64,000 nucleotides of DNA from Candidatus Kerfeldbacteria bacterium. Lineage in GTDB: Bacteria > Patescibacteriota > Patescibacteriia > SBBC01 > CAIJZX01. Numbering within the stretch: position 1 is the first letter of the stretch; each line of letters starts with the position of its first letter. Shown piece by piece: positions 47,306 to 57,167 of the stretch. The notes under the pieces are model-generated. The model was not told where the DNA came from and made no database searches. It saw nothing but the letters and a program-made list of their open reading frames with translations. The stretch lies in the NCBI GenBank assembly GCA_963731735.1, contig CAVSWO010000001.1, positions 64,761 through 128,760 of the forward strand, read 5' to 3'. Position numbers and translations under genes: made by a program.

Positions 47306-49444
47306 CTATTTTTCTACCAACGAAAATACCCGTGAAACTGATGAGTCTGTTTTCCAACTGACCGATTGTTTTTGCGACTGACCGCTGGTCGGTGAATAGG
47401 ACCGAATCGCACCCTTGGCCAACTTGGCCGTAACCTGCCAATCCCGGCTGGGCGCGCCCGGTTGTTTTTGCCAGGTCAGCGACCAATCGGTATCGGTTCG
47501 GGGGGTCGAAAACGTGAAGGTGAGCGTATCGGATTTTCCGGGCGCCAATAAACTCCAGGCCCCAAACACTTTACGGCCACTTTCTTCCGTTATCCGTAAG
47601 CCGCGATCCGGTTCCACTAGAATTTTGCCCTCGGCTTGGTCAAGTTTTTTCGAGCGCTGTGTCTCGTCAGCCGGCGTCATATAAAAACCAGCCGGTAACG
47701 TAGCGGCTCCGGATACGTTCTTGAAGGTGGCGCTGGCCGGTGCATAGACTCGGATAAAGTCCCGATTGGTTTGGCCCGTCAAAGGATCATCAGTCTGTCC
47801 GTGATGCTGACGGTGAACGGCGACGGTGTAATTGACGACGTCAGACTTTATATCGGCGGTAACGGCCACCGCGGTATCGATGACCCGATCCGTTTTTCCG
47901 CCACCCAAATTTGTATCAACCACCGCCAGACTATCCCCAGTTTTTGGGGTGACCAACGCCCCATCCCAGCCTAAGCGGGTAACCGCGTCTTGAACGGCGG
48001 TAGCTCGGCTGGTAATTAGAACGTTGGATTCGGCCGCCTGGGTCAGTGTAATGGCCACCGCCTGGAGGGCTTCCGGCGCCGTAAATTTCGTCATGGCTTT
48101 GAATAAAGCGGGAATCAGGTCCAGTAAAAATTCTTTGGGATTATTCAAGGCAATATCATAGCCAAATTCAACTTGCAGTTCCGTGGCCCGGACAAAATTA
48201 TCAGCCGTAATTTCCGTTTGGTAGCCCTGGGGAGTGATCGGCCCGGTCAACCGGAGTAGATCCTCGACCAGGGCGGGGGTTAGATAGATCACCCCCTGTG
48301 GTCGAAAGCCGCGCGCCTGTTCGTAAAAGTCTAGCAGAAAATCCGATGATGTCGGAACATCAAAAAACCAGTTGGCGTCATGGAAGGTCCAGTACGGCGC
48401 GACGGATAATATCGGTTCGGGCGGCAAGCTCGTATGCGGAATTTGAGCCGTCAAATCAAATGGCCCGGTCACCGGCGCATCCAATACCTTAAAGGTTCCC
48501 CGATCGAATTTGACCAATAAGAAGGTGCCGATAAATCCCCCGGTGGCCCGGAGTTCGTCATTGTTTTCAAAGACCACCAGATACTCTTGAGGTTTCGCCT
48601 GACCAAATAAGCCGGTCAATAAGGTTACCACGTCATGCAATCGGGTACTGCTCCCGATCAACGAAGCGTCAGCCAATTGCCAAGCGTGAAATTGTTCGCG
48701 ATAGGCGGCCGGAACGGCGCCGAGTTGAACTTGATGTAACGCATCGCGGGCGGCTTCAATATGGGCGATAACCGGCTCCAGCCGATCGGGCTGGGCCAGC
48801 AACGGCGTCAAAAAACCTAAATTGCCGGAAATGATCCCCTTAGTGTTTACCTGTGGCAAAGGATCGACCGGCGGCGCGGCCGCGATTAAATCGCTGGCCA
48901 AACGACCGGCTTCCGAGGCTTCCCGCCCGGCGCTCAAGAGGGCTTCAGCTGAGCGAACCCGACTGCCAGCCCACGGCACCGTCCGGACCACCGACAACGG
49001 GAGGCCGAAATCATGACGCAAGGTGGTCTCGGCGGTTTGTAATTCGTTGGCGGCCTGGCCAAATTTCTGGCCGGCGGTTTTGGGTTGATTTTGACTGAGG
49101 GCTTGACCGGCAGCCTGTAGCGTTTGGAGGGCCTGTTTGGCCTGATCCTGGACCCGTCCGACGGTGCCAGCCGCCTGGACAATTTTCCAGCCGCCCCAAA
49201 CGCAACCGGACACAACGCCCACTAACACGACAAACTTAGCGGTTTCTCGAAGAAAGCGAGTCCGGTCAAACCGTGAACGACTTGGGTTATGCGTTGGCGA
49301 TGCTGCGTGTTTGGTCCCCGACCAACGTGGAAATTTCCGGCGTGGCCGCTTTTCCTGACGGGCACGATCTTCCGCTACCTGACGGAGATCCAGGACATTA
49401 TTCGGTTGTGCGCTCACGGATGCCTCCAACTGATTGATAAACAC
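47306..49444 (-). CDS. large membrane-anchored hypothetical protein (DUF4012-like, polysaccharide-locus associated)
   Basis: 712 aa. Basic N-terminus, one transmembrane helix (FVVLVGVVSGCVWGGW), then a long extracytoplasmic domain. Its position next to GT4 and Wzz genes is typical for DUF4012 proteins. Confidence 0.5.
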   Translation of the reverse strand: MFINQLEASVSAQPNNVLDLRQVAEDRARQEKRPRRKFPRWSGTKHAASPTHNPSRSRFDRTRFLRETAKFVVLVGVVSGCVWGGWKIVQAAGTVGRVQDQAKQALQTLQAAGQALSQNQPKTAGQKFGQAANELQTAETTLRHDFGLPLSVVRTVPWAGSRVRSAEALLSAGREASEAGRLASDLIAAAPPVDPLPQVNTKGIISGNLGFLTPLLAQPDRLEPVIAHIEAARDALHQVQLGAVPAAYREQFHAWQLADASLIGSSTRLHDVVTLLTGLFGQAKPQEYLVVFENNDELRATGGFIGTFLLVKFDRGTFKVLDAPVTGPFDLTAQIPHTSLPPEPILSVAPYWTFHDANWFFDVPTSSDFLLDFYEQARGFRPQGVIYLTPALVEDLLRLTGPITPQGYQTEITADNFVRATELQVEFGYDIALNNPKEFLLDLIPALFKAMTKFTAPEALQAVAITLTQAAESNVLITSRATAVQDAVTRLGWDGALVTPKTGDSLAVVDTNLGGGKTDRVIDTAVAVTADIKSDVVNYTVAVHRQHHGQTDDPLTGQTNRDFIRVYAPASATFKNVSGAATLPAGFYMTPADETQRSKKLDQAEGKILVEPDRGLRITEESGRKVFGAWSLLAPGKSDTLTFTFSTPRTDTDWSLTWQKQPGAPSRDWQVTAKLAKGAIRSYSPTSGQSQKQSVSWKTDSSVSRVFSLVEK

Positions 49445-50531
49445 TGAGCGTTGCGCGCGCCATATCGGACCAAGAGAATCGGGTCAGTCGTTCTTTGCCG
49501 GCTGCGATCAACTGCTCACGCTCTAGTTTATCATGAAGTGCGTGATCAATCGACCGGGCGATGGCCTGAGTATCCTGCGGGTCAAAATAGCGGGCGGCCG
49601 CTCCGAAGATTTCCGGTAAGCATGAAGCCTTCGACGCGTAGACCGGAATTCCGGCCTGCATCGCTTCCAACCCCGGCAAGCCGAAGCCTTCATACAGTGA
49701 CGGGAAAAAATAGGCTTGGGCATGCTGGTACAATGCGGCTAGTTGATGGTCTTCCGCAAAACCGAACCATTGCAGGCCGGTTATGTTTCGATCAGCCGCG
49801 TACTGCTGGAGTCGACGAGAAAAATAATCACGTTTTCCAACCAAGACGAGTTGCGCCTGCGTGGCCGCGTTTGCAATCTGCCAGGCATCAATTAACCGTT
49901 CCAAATTTTTATGCGGATAAGAATTTCCGACATACAGTACGTAGGGCGGCCGAATTCCTTTCGCGGTCAGGCTTGACCACTCGGCCGGCGGCGGCAGCGG
50001 ATCAACGGCTTCATAGGTCACCGTTAATTTTTCGATTGGCACGTGAAACTGTCGATGCACATCTTGTTTGGTATATTCCGAAACACAAATGATGGCCTGG
50101 GCTCGGCGAATAGCTCGGGTAATCACCCACCGATAGGCCAGGTACTTGATCCAATAAAAGAGCGGGCCTAAGGTCGAAGCCCGGGCCGTCGGGTATCGAT
50201 GCAGCGTTAAATCGTGAATCGTTACCACAAAGGCGCCGCGGTACCCAACCGGGACATTAAAATGCGGGAAGTGCATCAAATCAAGTTTGGCTTGATGTAA
50301 AATTTTTGGAAATTGGCGTTGCTCAGTCAGGCTATACCAGCGAAAGTCAGCCCGAACTTTTGTCCAGCGCTCATTCGGCGGTTCCCAGTGTTCCCAAGCT
50401 TCCGATCGCAAAAAGACCACGTACTGATTGTGGGTATCCTGACGTGCTAAATGCGTCAACAGGCGTTCGACGTAGCGACCCAGGCCGCTTTCCTGTGGGC
50501 CGAAAAACCGCGCGTCAATACCGATTCGCAC
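49398..50531 (-). CDS. GT4-family glycosyltransferase
   Basis: C-terminal EGFGLPGLEAM motif (the GT-B E-x7-E region) and N-terminal IGIDARF. Confidence 0.8.
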   Translation of the reverse strand: MRIGIDARFFGPQESGLGRYVERLLTHLARQDTHNQYVVFLRSEAWEHWEPPNERWTKVRADFRWYSLTEQRQFPKILHQAKLDLMHFPHFNVPVGYRGAFVVTIHDLTLHRYPTARASTLGPLFYWIKYLAYRWVITRAIRRAQAIICVSEYTKQDVHRQFHVPIEKLTVTYEAVDPLPPPAEWSSLTAKGIRPPYVLYVGNSYPHKNLERLIDAWQIANAATQAQLVLVGKRDYFSRRLQQYAADRNITGLQWFGFAEDHQLAALYQHAQAYFFPSLYEGFGLPGLEAMQAGIPVYASKASCLPEIFGAAARYFDPQDTQAIARSIDHALHDKLEREQLIAAGKERLTRFSWSDMARATLSVYQSVGGIRERTTE

Positions 50532-50540
50532 CGAAGACTC

Positions 50541-51152
50541 CTAGCGCAAATAATGTCGGAAAGCCGCCACTCCGACGCCGAAAACAAAACTCAAAACTAA
50601 GGCGATCCCGGCGTAGACCCAGGCATTCGGTCGGCTGGGCGCAATGGCCGCTTCAGATCCAATAATCTCGTAGAGCGATTTACCGGCGGCGTCTTGGTTG
50701 AGGCTGGCCGTCCGATTTTTGAGCACGGTCGAGACTGCTTGTGCAACCGCTTGAGCGCGCTTCTCTGTCCGTTCGGTAAACCGGACGACAATGTTCTGGG
50801 CTGAATATCGTTTGACGTGAAATCGAGAGGTTAAGGCGCTTAAGGAATCGGCCTCGGGATCAAGTTTGGCTTCGGTGTAAATATCATTCACCACCGAGGC
50901 CGTATCAAACCAACTGACCACCGTTTGAGAAAAAATATCAGCCGCCTGCAGCGCATAGTAACCGTCGTATTGATAATCCGGCGTAGCTTCGGCATTGATC
51001 CGGGTCACGGCAAAGCCCTCAGATGCGGCATACCGAACGGGTTGGACGGCGGCTGCAATAAAGGCGGCGGCGGTGGCCACCAACATCATCGACCCAATTA
51101 ACCAGCGTTGCGCCCAGTACAATTTAATATAATCGCGGAGTTCCATTGCCAT
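50541..51152 (-). CDS. Wzz/Cap5A-like polysaccharide chain-length determinant protein
   Basis: Transmembrane helix at the N-terminus and at the C-terminus, flanking a periplasmic domain of about 150 aa. Confidence 0.6.
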   Translation of the reverse strand: MAMELRDYIKLYWAQRWLIGSMMLVATAAAFIAAAVQPVRYAASEGFAVTRINAEATPDYQYDGYYALQAADIFSQTVVSWFDTASVVNDIYTEAKLDPEADSLSALTSRFHVKRYSAQNIVVRFTERTEKRAQAVAQAVSTVLKNRTASLNQDAAGKSLYEIIGSEAAIAPSRPNAWVYAGIALVLSFVFGVGVAAFRHYLR

Positions 51153-51158
51153 ATGCGC

Positions 51159-52265
51159 TTATGGTAGCTGAGCTTGGTGCTTTTGCCAAGCCTGGTCGAT
51201 GGCCTGCCGCAAGTGGCGTTGGAAGGTTGGCACGCTAAAGCGTTCCGCCCATTCGCGAATTGCGGCTGGATCGTACTCGGTCGGGGTAAAGCGGATGACC
51301 GCGTCAGCCAACGATTCCCACTCCTGCTCCTGAAAAAATACCCCGGTGGAACCGGTCTGGACCGTTTCCCGGGCTCCGCCGGCCGCAAAGGCGATCACCG
51401 GCCGGCCGGTGGCCATGGCTTCGACCGCGGTAATGCCGAAATCTTCCTCCTGGGGATTAATAAAGGCGGTGGCTTGGCCGTATAACTGATTTAACGCCTG
51501 GTCCGGCACTCGGCCCAAGAATTCAATATTCGGTTTGGCCATCCGTTGTAACTGTTTCAGGGTCGGACCCGAGCCATAAATTTTCAGCGGCACATTCAAT
51601 TTATTAAAGGCTTGGACGACTAAATCAAAACGCTTATAGGGTACTAACCGACCGCCGGTCACGTAGTAGCCGCCGTCGCCGGTTCCCAGGGTAAACCGTT
51701 CAACGTTGACCGGTGGGTACAAGACCTGACTCTCGCGCCGATAGTACTTGTGAATTCGGTGCTGCACGGTTTTACTATTGGCCAAGAATTGATCAACCCG
51801 GTCAGCCGCCAGGCGGTCCCACATCCGAATCCGGTTGAGAAAGAAGGGGGCGATGGAGCGTAAAGGTTTGGTATACCGCAATTCATTCACATACTCAATC
51901 GTGTCGCTCCACAGGTACCGGGTCGGACTGTGCAAATAGCAGATGTGCAGGGTCTGGGGTTGGGTGATGATGCCTTTGGCAAAACTGGCTGAACTCGAAA
52001 TCACCAAGTCATAACCGCGGAGATCGAGCCGCTCGATGGCGGTCGGCATCCACGGCAAATACCATTGGTAAAAACGCCGGCCACCCGGCCATCGCTGAAT
52101 GAACGAGGTCCGGATGTCCCGGCCCTTGAAAAATTCGTTGGCGTTTTTTTGATTGTAGACCAGGGTATACAGCGGCGCCTCGGGAAACATCTGCATCATC
52201 ACCTGAACCACGCGCTCGGCGCCGCCATCTTGGGCCAGATGATCATGGACGATTGCGACTTTCAT
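51159..52265 (-). CDS. GT4-family glycosyltransferase
   Basis: GT-B fold signatures (VAIVHDHL…, …GRPVIAFAAGGARETV). Confidence 0.8.
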   Translation of the reverse strand: MKVAIVHDHLAQDGGAERVVQVMMQMFPEAPLYTLVYNQKNANEFFKGRDIRTSFIQRWPGGRRFYQWYLPWMPTAIERLDLRGYDLVISSSASFAKGIITQPQTLHICYLHSPTRYLWSDTIEYVNELRYTKPLRSIAPFFLNRIRMWDRLAADRVDQFLANSKTVQHRIHKYYRRESQVLYPPVNVERFTLGTGDGGYYVTGGRLVPYKRFDLVVQAFNKLNVPLKIYGSGPTLKQLQRMAKPNIEFLGRVPDQALNQLYGQATAFINPQEEDFGITAVEAMATGRPVIAFAAGGARETVQTGSTGVFFQEQEWESLADAVIRFTPTEYDPAAIREWAERFSVPTFQRHLRQAIDQAWQKHQAQLP

Positions 52266-52266
52266 G

Positions 52267-53649
52267 CTAGGCGGCGGTTTTCATGGCCACCACCGAACCC
52301 GGCGTACGAACCAAAATCGTCAAATCTAACCCGAGCGACCAATGTTCGATATAATACGTGTCCAAGCGGACCTCTTCTTCAAAGCTTAAATTGGACCGAC
52401 CGGAAATTTGGGCCATGCCGGTCAGCCCGGGTTTGATGGTCAGCAGTTTCTTATGGTGCTTTTCATACCGGGCGACTTCTTCCGGTTCATGCGGCCGCGG
52501 CCCGACTAAACTCATTTCGCCCCGCAAAATATTCCATAACTGCGGCAATTCATCTAAACTCGTCTTCCGTAAAAATTTTCCCACCCGGGTGATGCGCGGA
52601 TCATTGGCAATTTTAAAGAGTGGTCCGTCGGCCCGTTCGTTGTGCTCCATCAGCTGAGATTTCATGGCATGGGCATTCCGCACCATCGACCGGAATTTCC
52701 AAAGTCCGAAACGCCGTTGCCCCTCCCCAACCCGTTCGAGGCGGATAAAAATCGGCCCGGCCGAATCAAGTTTAACCGCGATCGCGATTAGCACGCCCGG
52801 AATACAGGCGATCAGCAAGCCTAAGACGGCCCCGAGCATATCAAAGGCCCGCTTGCCGATCCGTCCCCAGCCGTCCAGCGGGGTGCGCTTGAGTTCCATA
52901 ACCGGAATGCCGGCCAACGAATCAAGCTCAACCTGCGTGGCATGCGCGTCAAACACATCGGCCGCATAGGAGAACCGCACGTTATATTCAAGACAGCGAT
53001 CGATCAACACCTGGGTTTGGCTGCGTGGCAGATTGGCATCAGCTTGAATCACTAAATCGATTTGGTGCGAGCGTAAAAGTTCATCGAGTTCATCAAAAAT
53101 TTCCGGGCCGGCCGTTTCCCAATGCTTGGTAACATGCAGGCCAATATTTTTTGAATGAACCCGCTCCAGCAATTCATGAGTCGTCGGGTCATTCCCGATT
53201 ACGATAATTTGCCGGACGCCAATCCCCCGTCGGTACAGCAAGTGCCGTACCAGGCGCATCAAAAGGTGCGTTAGCCAGACAAACACAATCGCCAGCAGCC
53301 AACCGGCTAAAATGATAAACCGCGACGAAAAAAATTCGCGCTGGAAAAAAATCAGCACGATAATCAGCAGCACGCCGGTTGAAATACCCAGGAAAATCCG
53401 CCCCAGTTCGGCCGTTAATCGTTGCGGTCGAATCGGATAGACACCGGCTAAACCTAAAATTGCGACCCAGCCAATGGCCACGATTATCACGGTTCGAATG
53501 TATCCGCCGAAGGGAATCGGGTTGGCCGCCGGTAAAACCCCGGTCAACTGATCAAAACGAACGGTGTACGCGAACCAGCCGGCCATCACCAAGACGGTGA
53601 TGTCGAGCAGGACCTGGAATGCCGCAAACGAGAGTTCTGTACGCTTCAT
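52267..53649 (-). CDS. polyprenyl-phosphate sugar phosphotransferase (WbaP/CpsE-like initiating transferase)
   Basis: FKFRSM…DELPQLWNILRGEMSLVGPRP C-terminal catalytic domain, with 4-5 N-terminal transmembrane helices. Confidence 0.85.
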   Translation of the reverse strand: MKRTELSFAAFQVLLDITVLVMAGWFAYTVRFDQLTGVLPAANPIPFGGYIRTVIIVAIGWVAILGLAGVYPIRPQRLTAELGRIFLGISTGVLLIIVLIFFQREFFSSRFIILAGWLLAIVFVWLTHLLMRLVRHLLYRRGIGVRQIIVIGNDPTTHELLERVHSKNIGLHVTKHWETAGPEIFDELDELLRSHQIDLVIQADANLPRSQTQVLIDRCLEYNVRFSYAADVFDAHATQVELDSLAGIPVMELKRTPLDGWGRIGKRAFDMLGAVLGLLIACIPGVLIAIAVKLDSAGPIFIRLERVGEGQRRFGLWKFRSMVRNAHAMKSQLMEHNERADGPLFKIANDPRITRVGKFLRKTSLDELPQLWNILRGEMSLVGPRPHEPEEVARYEKHHKKLLTIKPGLTGMAQISGRSNLSFEEEVRLDTYYIEHWSLGLDLTILVRTPGSVVAMKTAA

Positions 53650-53659
53650 GTGTATTCAT

Positions 53660-54305
53660 GCCCGGCTTCAGACCACCGATAAGCCGAATTCTGTCAACCT
53701 CCGCCGGAGGCTACGGTTGACAAGTTCCCTTTCCGGGGATGCTTGCCGGCCGAAGTCTCCGACGCAGGCCGGATGATCATCTCTCTTGGACGGACATTGC
53801 TGCCCGCCTCATGCGATCTACCCGCCCCGCACACCGAGCTGGTGTGGGAGCCTATGCGATCTTGCACCGGAGAGGGTTTACCCGTCCCGATAGTCACCTA
53901 TCGGGACCGTGGGCTCTTACTTTACCCGCCGAAGCGAGGTATCCCTCACGATGGAGGGCCCACGATTTCACCCTTACTTGAGTCTTGCCCTTGGGTTGGC
54001 ATCTCAGCTGTGACTGCCGGTCAGAGACCCGCAGACTGGCCAGTGTGATGCTCCAAGGTGAAGTGCCTGAATAATTCAGACGAAGCAATTCCCGAGCGGT
54101 ATGTTTCTGTTGCACTAATCCCTAGGCTTGGCCCCCACGCCAATACACACGCGCCGGTGTGCATTGGTGTGGGGGTTACTCCCGGTTGCCGTTAGCAACT
54201 CTCCTTGACCCTGCATGTCTGCAGGAGGTGTTCGGACTTTCCTCCCACCGAAACGCACTTGCGTGCACACCGGCGGGCGATCATCTGGTGGTCTGAAAAG
54301 GGCTG
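53660..54305 (-). ncRNA. rnpB: RNase P RNA, bacterial type A, with large insertions (about 645 nt)
   Basis: Minus-strand matches to universally conserved M1 RNA blocks: GGAAAGUCCGAACACC (P4 5'), GUGCAACAGAAACAUACCGC, CAAGUAAGGGUGAAA, GUAAAGUAAGAGCCCACGG, GGGUAAACCCUCUCCGGUGCAAG, ACAGAAUUCGGCUUAUCGGUGGUCUG (P4 3'/P1). P1 pairs CAGACCACC with GGUGGUCUG. Ends are approximate. Confidence 0.75.
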
Positions 54306-54351
54306 GTGCAGCGTACAACAAAGCCGACCGTTTGTCAATCGGAAGTTGCAA

Positions 54352-55452
54352 TTATCCGATGCGCTTTTCTTCGAACCCGAAGGTGAAAATCGCCAAGGCG
54401 ATCATGACCACCGCCCAGCCCGAAATCCAGTAGAGCTGCGTAGCTACGTCGCCAATCCCGGCGCCGTTGGCCACTACATCACGCAAGCCGGTGGCAAACG
54501 GGTGGAGCGGAAAATAGACCACCAAATGCTGTAACCATTGCGGCATGCTGGTGGTTGGAAAGAAAACCCCGGACAGGAAAAGCATCGGGAAGACGATCAG
54601 GTTGGCGATAGCCGGAACCGCGTCCACTGTTTTGGCAATGCCCGAAATGGTAAAGCCCAGTCCCAGGAACATCACGCCGCCCAGGATCACGAACAAGGCA
54701 ATCAGCCACCAGGCGCCATAGACATGGGTATGGAAAATCAGGGCCCCAAAGGCCAGCAAGACAATGGCTTGGAACACCGCCACGATGAGACGGGTAATCA
54801 CCTGAGCGGTCACAAACTGCTGCGGCTTCATCGGCGTAGCCAATAACCGTTTCAGAATCCCCTTCTCTTTATAATCGGTGAAGACGAAGGCTACCGAGAA
54901 GACCGCCATTTGCATCACCGACATGGCCACGATGCCGGGCACGAGGAAATCAATGTAACTGACATCCTTGGCGTTGATGTTTTGAACGTCCAGATTGAAC
55001 AGCGTCGGCGCCTGGGCGTAGGCCAGGGTGGTTCGATCCAAAACTTGGTTAATAATGGCCAGCGCTGTTTGAGCTGATTGTTCTTGGCTAACATTTTTAA
55101 AAACCGTGATTGTTTGCGGTTCGGTGACGGCCTGACCCGGGGCCGGAAATAACTGGTCAGGAATTTGCAGTACTAATGAGCGATCACCATTCTCGAGCGC
55201 TTGTTTTTCCGCCGCTAAGCTCCCCTTGGTGATATCCAAGACATCAATCGAGCCCAGGCTAGCAACAAACTCGGTGGTTGCCTGGTCCGGCTGGTGTAAT
55301 ACGACACCCAAATTTATTTTCTGCGGTTTATCAAAACCAATCAACCCGAAAATACCGATAAAAATAAACGGCATGAACAAGGTGAAGAACAGGGCCTGCC
55401 GGTTGCGCAGGAACATTTTAATTGAAGCCAGGGTCAGAACTTTTGTGGTCAT
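54352..55452 (-). CDS. ABC-2 family exporter permease
   Basis: Six-transmembrane ABC-2 topology with a large first extracytoplasmic loop. Confidence 0.75.
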   Translation of the reverse strand: MTTKVLTLASIKMFLRNRQALFFTLFMPFIFIGIFGLIGFDKPQKINLGVVLHQPDQATTEFVASLGSIDVLDITKGSLAAEKQALENGDRSLVLQIPDQLFPAPGQAVTEPQTITVFKNVSQEQSAQTALAIINQVLDRTTLAYAQAPTLFNLDVQNINAKDVSYIDFLVPGIVAMSVMQMAVFSVAFVFTDYKEKGILKRLLATPMKPQQFVTAQVITRLIVAVFQAIVLLAFGALIFHTHVYGAWWLIALFVILGGVMFLGLGFTISGIAKTVDAVPAIANLIVFPMLFLSGVFFPTTSMPQWLQHLVVYFPLHPFATGLRDVVANGAGIGDVATQLYWISGWAVVMIALAIFTFGFEEKRIG

Positions 55453-55456
55453 AGCA

Positions 55457-56386
55457 TTATTCGCGTAAACTTCGGCCAGTCAGCTTTAAGAAGACATCTT
55501 CGAGCGTGGCAGTCTGCATGTGGAGGTTCGTGACCGTTACCCCGGCTTTGGCTTTCAGTGCAAAGGTGGCCGGCAAGACCGTTTCCGGCTGCTTGGTAAC
55601 GATCCGAACGGTATGATCAATTAATTCGGCCTGCTCTACGCCAGGAATGGCTTGAATCATCGCTATATCAGGTTGTTTATCTACATGTAATTCAATGGTC
55701 GAGCCGACATCGGCTAACTTCAGCAGGCCTTTCGGCGTGTCGAGGGCGATGATTTTGGCGTTGTCCATAATCGCAATCCGGTCACACAGCACTTCCGCCT
55801 CTTCCATGTAGTGGGTGGTCAGGATAATCGTGACACCCTTGGCTTTGATTTGGTTAATCAAATCCCAAAGGTTGCGGCGAGCCTGCGGATCAAGCCCGGT
55901 CGTCGGTTCATCCAGAAACAAGACTTTCGGCTGGTTGACCAGAGCGACCGCGATCGAGAGCCGTTGTTTCTGTCCGCCTGAGAGTTCTTTGACCTGGCTC
56001 TTAAACTTTTCTTCAAGTTGCACTTCGCGCAGTAATTCCAGCGCGTCAACCTTGCGGTTGTACATGGCCGCGAAGGTGTCGATCAGTTCCTTCAAGTTGA
56101 GATTATCGAAAAACGACGAAGATTGCAGCTGAACCCCGATCACCGCTTTGACCTCGCGGGCATGCTTAGCCACATCCTTACCGTCCAAAATAACCGTCCC
56201 GCCGGTAATCTGTTTCAAGCCTTCAATCATCTCCAGGGTGGTGGTTTTCCCGGCGCCGTTTGGACCGAGAATACCGAAGGTCTCGCCTTCGGTCACCGCA
56301 AAACTAATGCCATCAACGGCCGTAAAGTCGTTATAGCGTTTGGTCAGCTTTTCAACAGTGATGATCGATTGCATATTGATGAGCAT
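55457..56386 (-). CDS. ABC transporter ATP-binding protein
   Basis: Walker A motif GPNGAGKTT, signature LSGGQKQR, and Walker B ILFLDEPT. Confidence 0.88.
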   Translation of the reverse strand: MLINMQSIITVEKLTKRYNDFTAVDGISFAVTEGETFGILGPNGAGKTTTLEMIEGLKQITGGTVILDGKDVAKHAREVKAVIGVQLQSSSFFDNLNLKELIDTFAAMYNRKVDALELLREVQLEEKFKSQVKELSGGQKQRLSIAVALVNQPKVLFLDEPTTGLDPQARRNLWDLINQIKAKGVTIILTTHYMEEAEVLCDRIAIMDNAKIIALDTPKGLLKLADVGSTIELHVDKQPDIAMIQAIPGVEQAELIDHTVRIVTKQPETVLPATFALKAKAGVTVTNLHMQTATLEDVFLKLTGRSLRE

Positions 56387-56399
56387 GCAGTTTACACGA

Positions 56400-57164
56400 T
56401 TATTCGGTTTTTTGGAACTGCCAGACGGCTAAGCCCATAAAGACCGCGGAAAACCCCAGTAAGAACAATATATTTACGTACAGCGGATGCACGAGAACAA
56501 TACTATTCGATCCCAACAAGACGCTCCGAAAGGCGTCAACGCCGTAGGCTAACGGATTAATATTCGTCAGCGCCCGCATCCAGCCGGGAATGCTCTGGAG
56601 CGGGAAAAAGGCTCCCGACAGGAAGAATAACGGGAACAATAAGAACTGCATGACCAGGCCGAAGCTTTCGGTCGATTTCATCCGTGAGGCCAGCAGAATA
56701 CCGAGTCCCGAAATTGCGAACGCCAGCAGCGCGGCCAGGCCCAGCAGCGCCAAGACCGAACCGACCGATAAATGGACGCCAATCAGCGGTGCCAAGAGCA
56801 GCAAAATTGCGGCTTGAGCCAGGGAGTTTGTGGTGCCGCCCAGGGCCTTGGCAATCGCAATCGATACCCGTGAAACCGGAGCCACCAGGATCTCCTTGAG
56901 AAATCCAAACTCGCGGTCGTAGACGATTGAAATTGCGGAAGTCAGGGCGATGCCCATGGTGCCCATGGCGATAATTCCCGGATACATGAACTTCAGGAAG
57001 TCGCCCCCGACGGCCGCCGATTGAATACTGTTTTGCAGTCCCATGCCGAAGATAGCCAGAAACAAGAGCGGTTGGGTAACCGACGTAATCGCCCGGGTCC
57101 GGTTGCGCCAGTAGCGGAGCATTTCCCGGTACCAAATGATGACGATGCCGCGAAGTTCATTCAT
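56400..57164 (-). CDS. ABC-2 family exporter permease
   Basis: Six transmembrane helices. Confidence 0.75.
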   Translation of the reverse strand: MNELRGIVIIWYREMLRYWRNRTRAITSVTQPLLFLAIFGMGLQNSIQSAAVGGDFLKFMYPGIIAMGTMGIALTSAISIVYDREFGFLKEILVAPVSRVSIAIAKALGGTTNSLAQAAILLLLAPLIGVHLSVGSVLALLGLAALLAFAISGLGILLASRMKSTESFGLVMQFLLFPLFFLSGAFFPLQSIPGWMRALTNINPLAYGVDAFRSVLLGSNSIVLVHPLYVNILFLLGFSAVFMGLAVWQFQKTE

Positions 57165-57167
57165 AGA

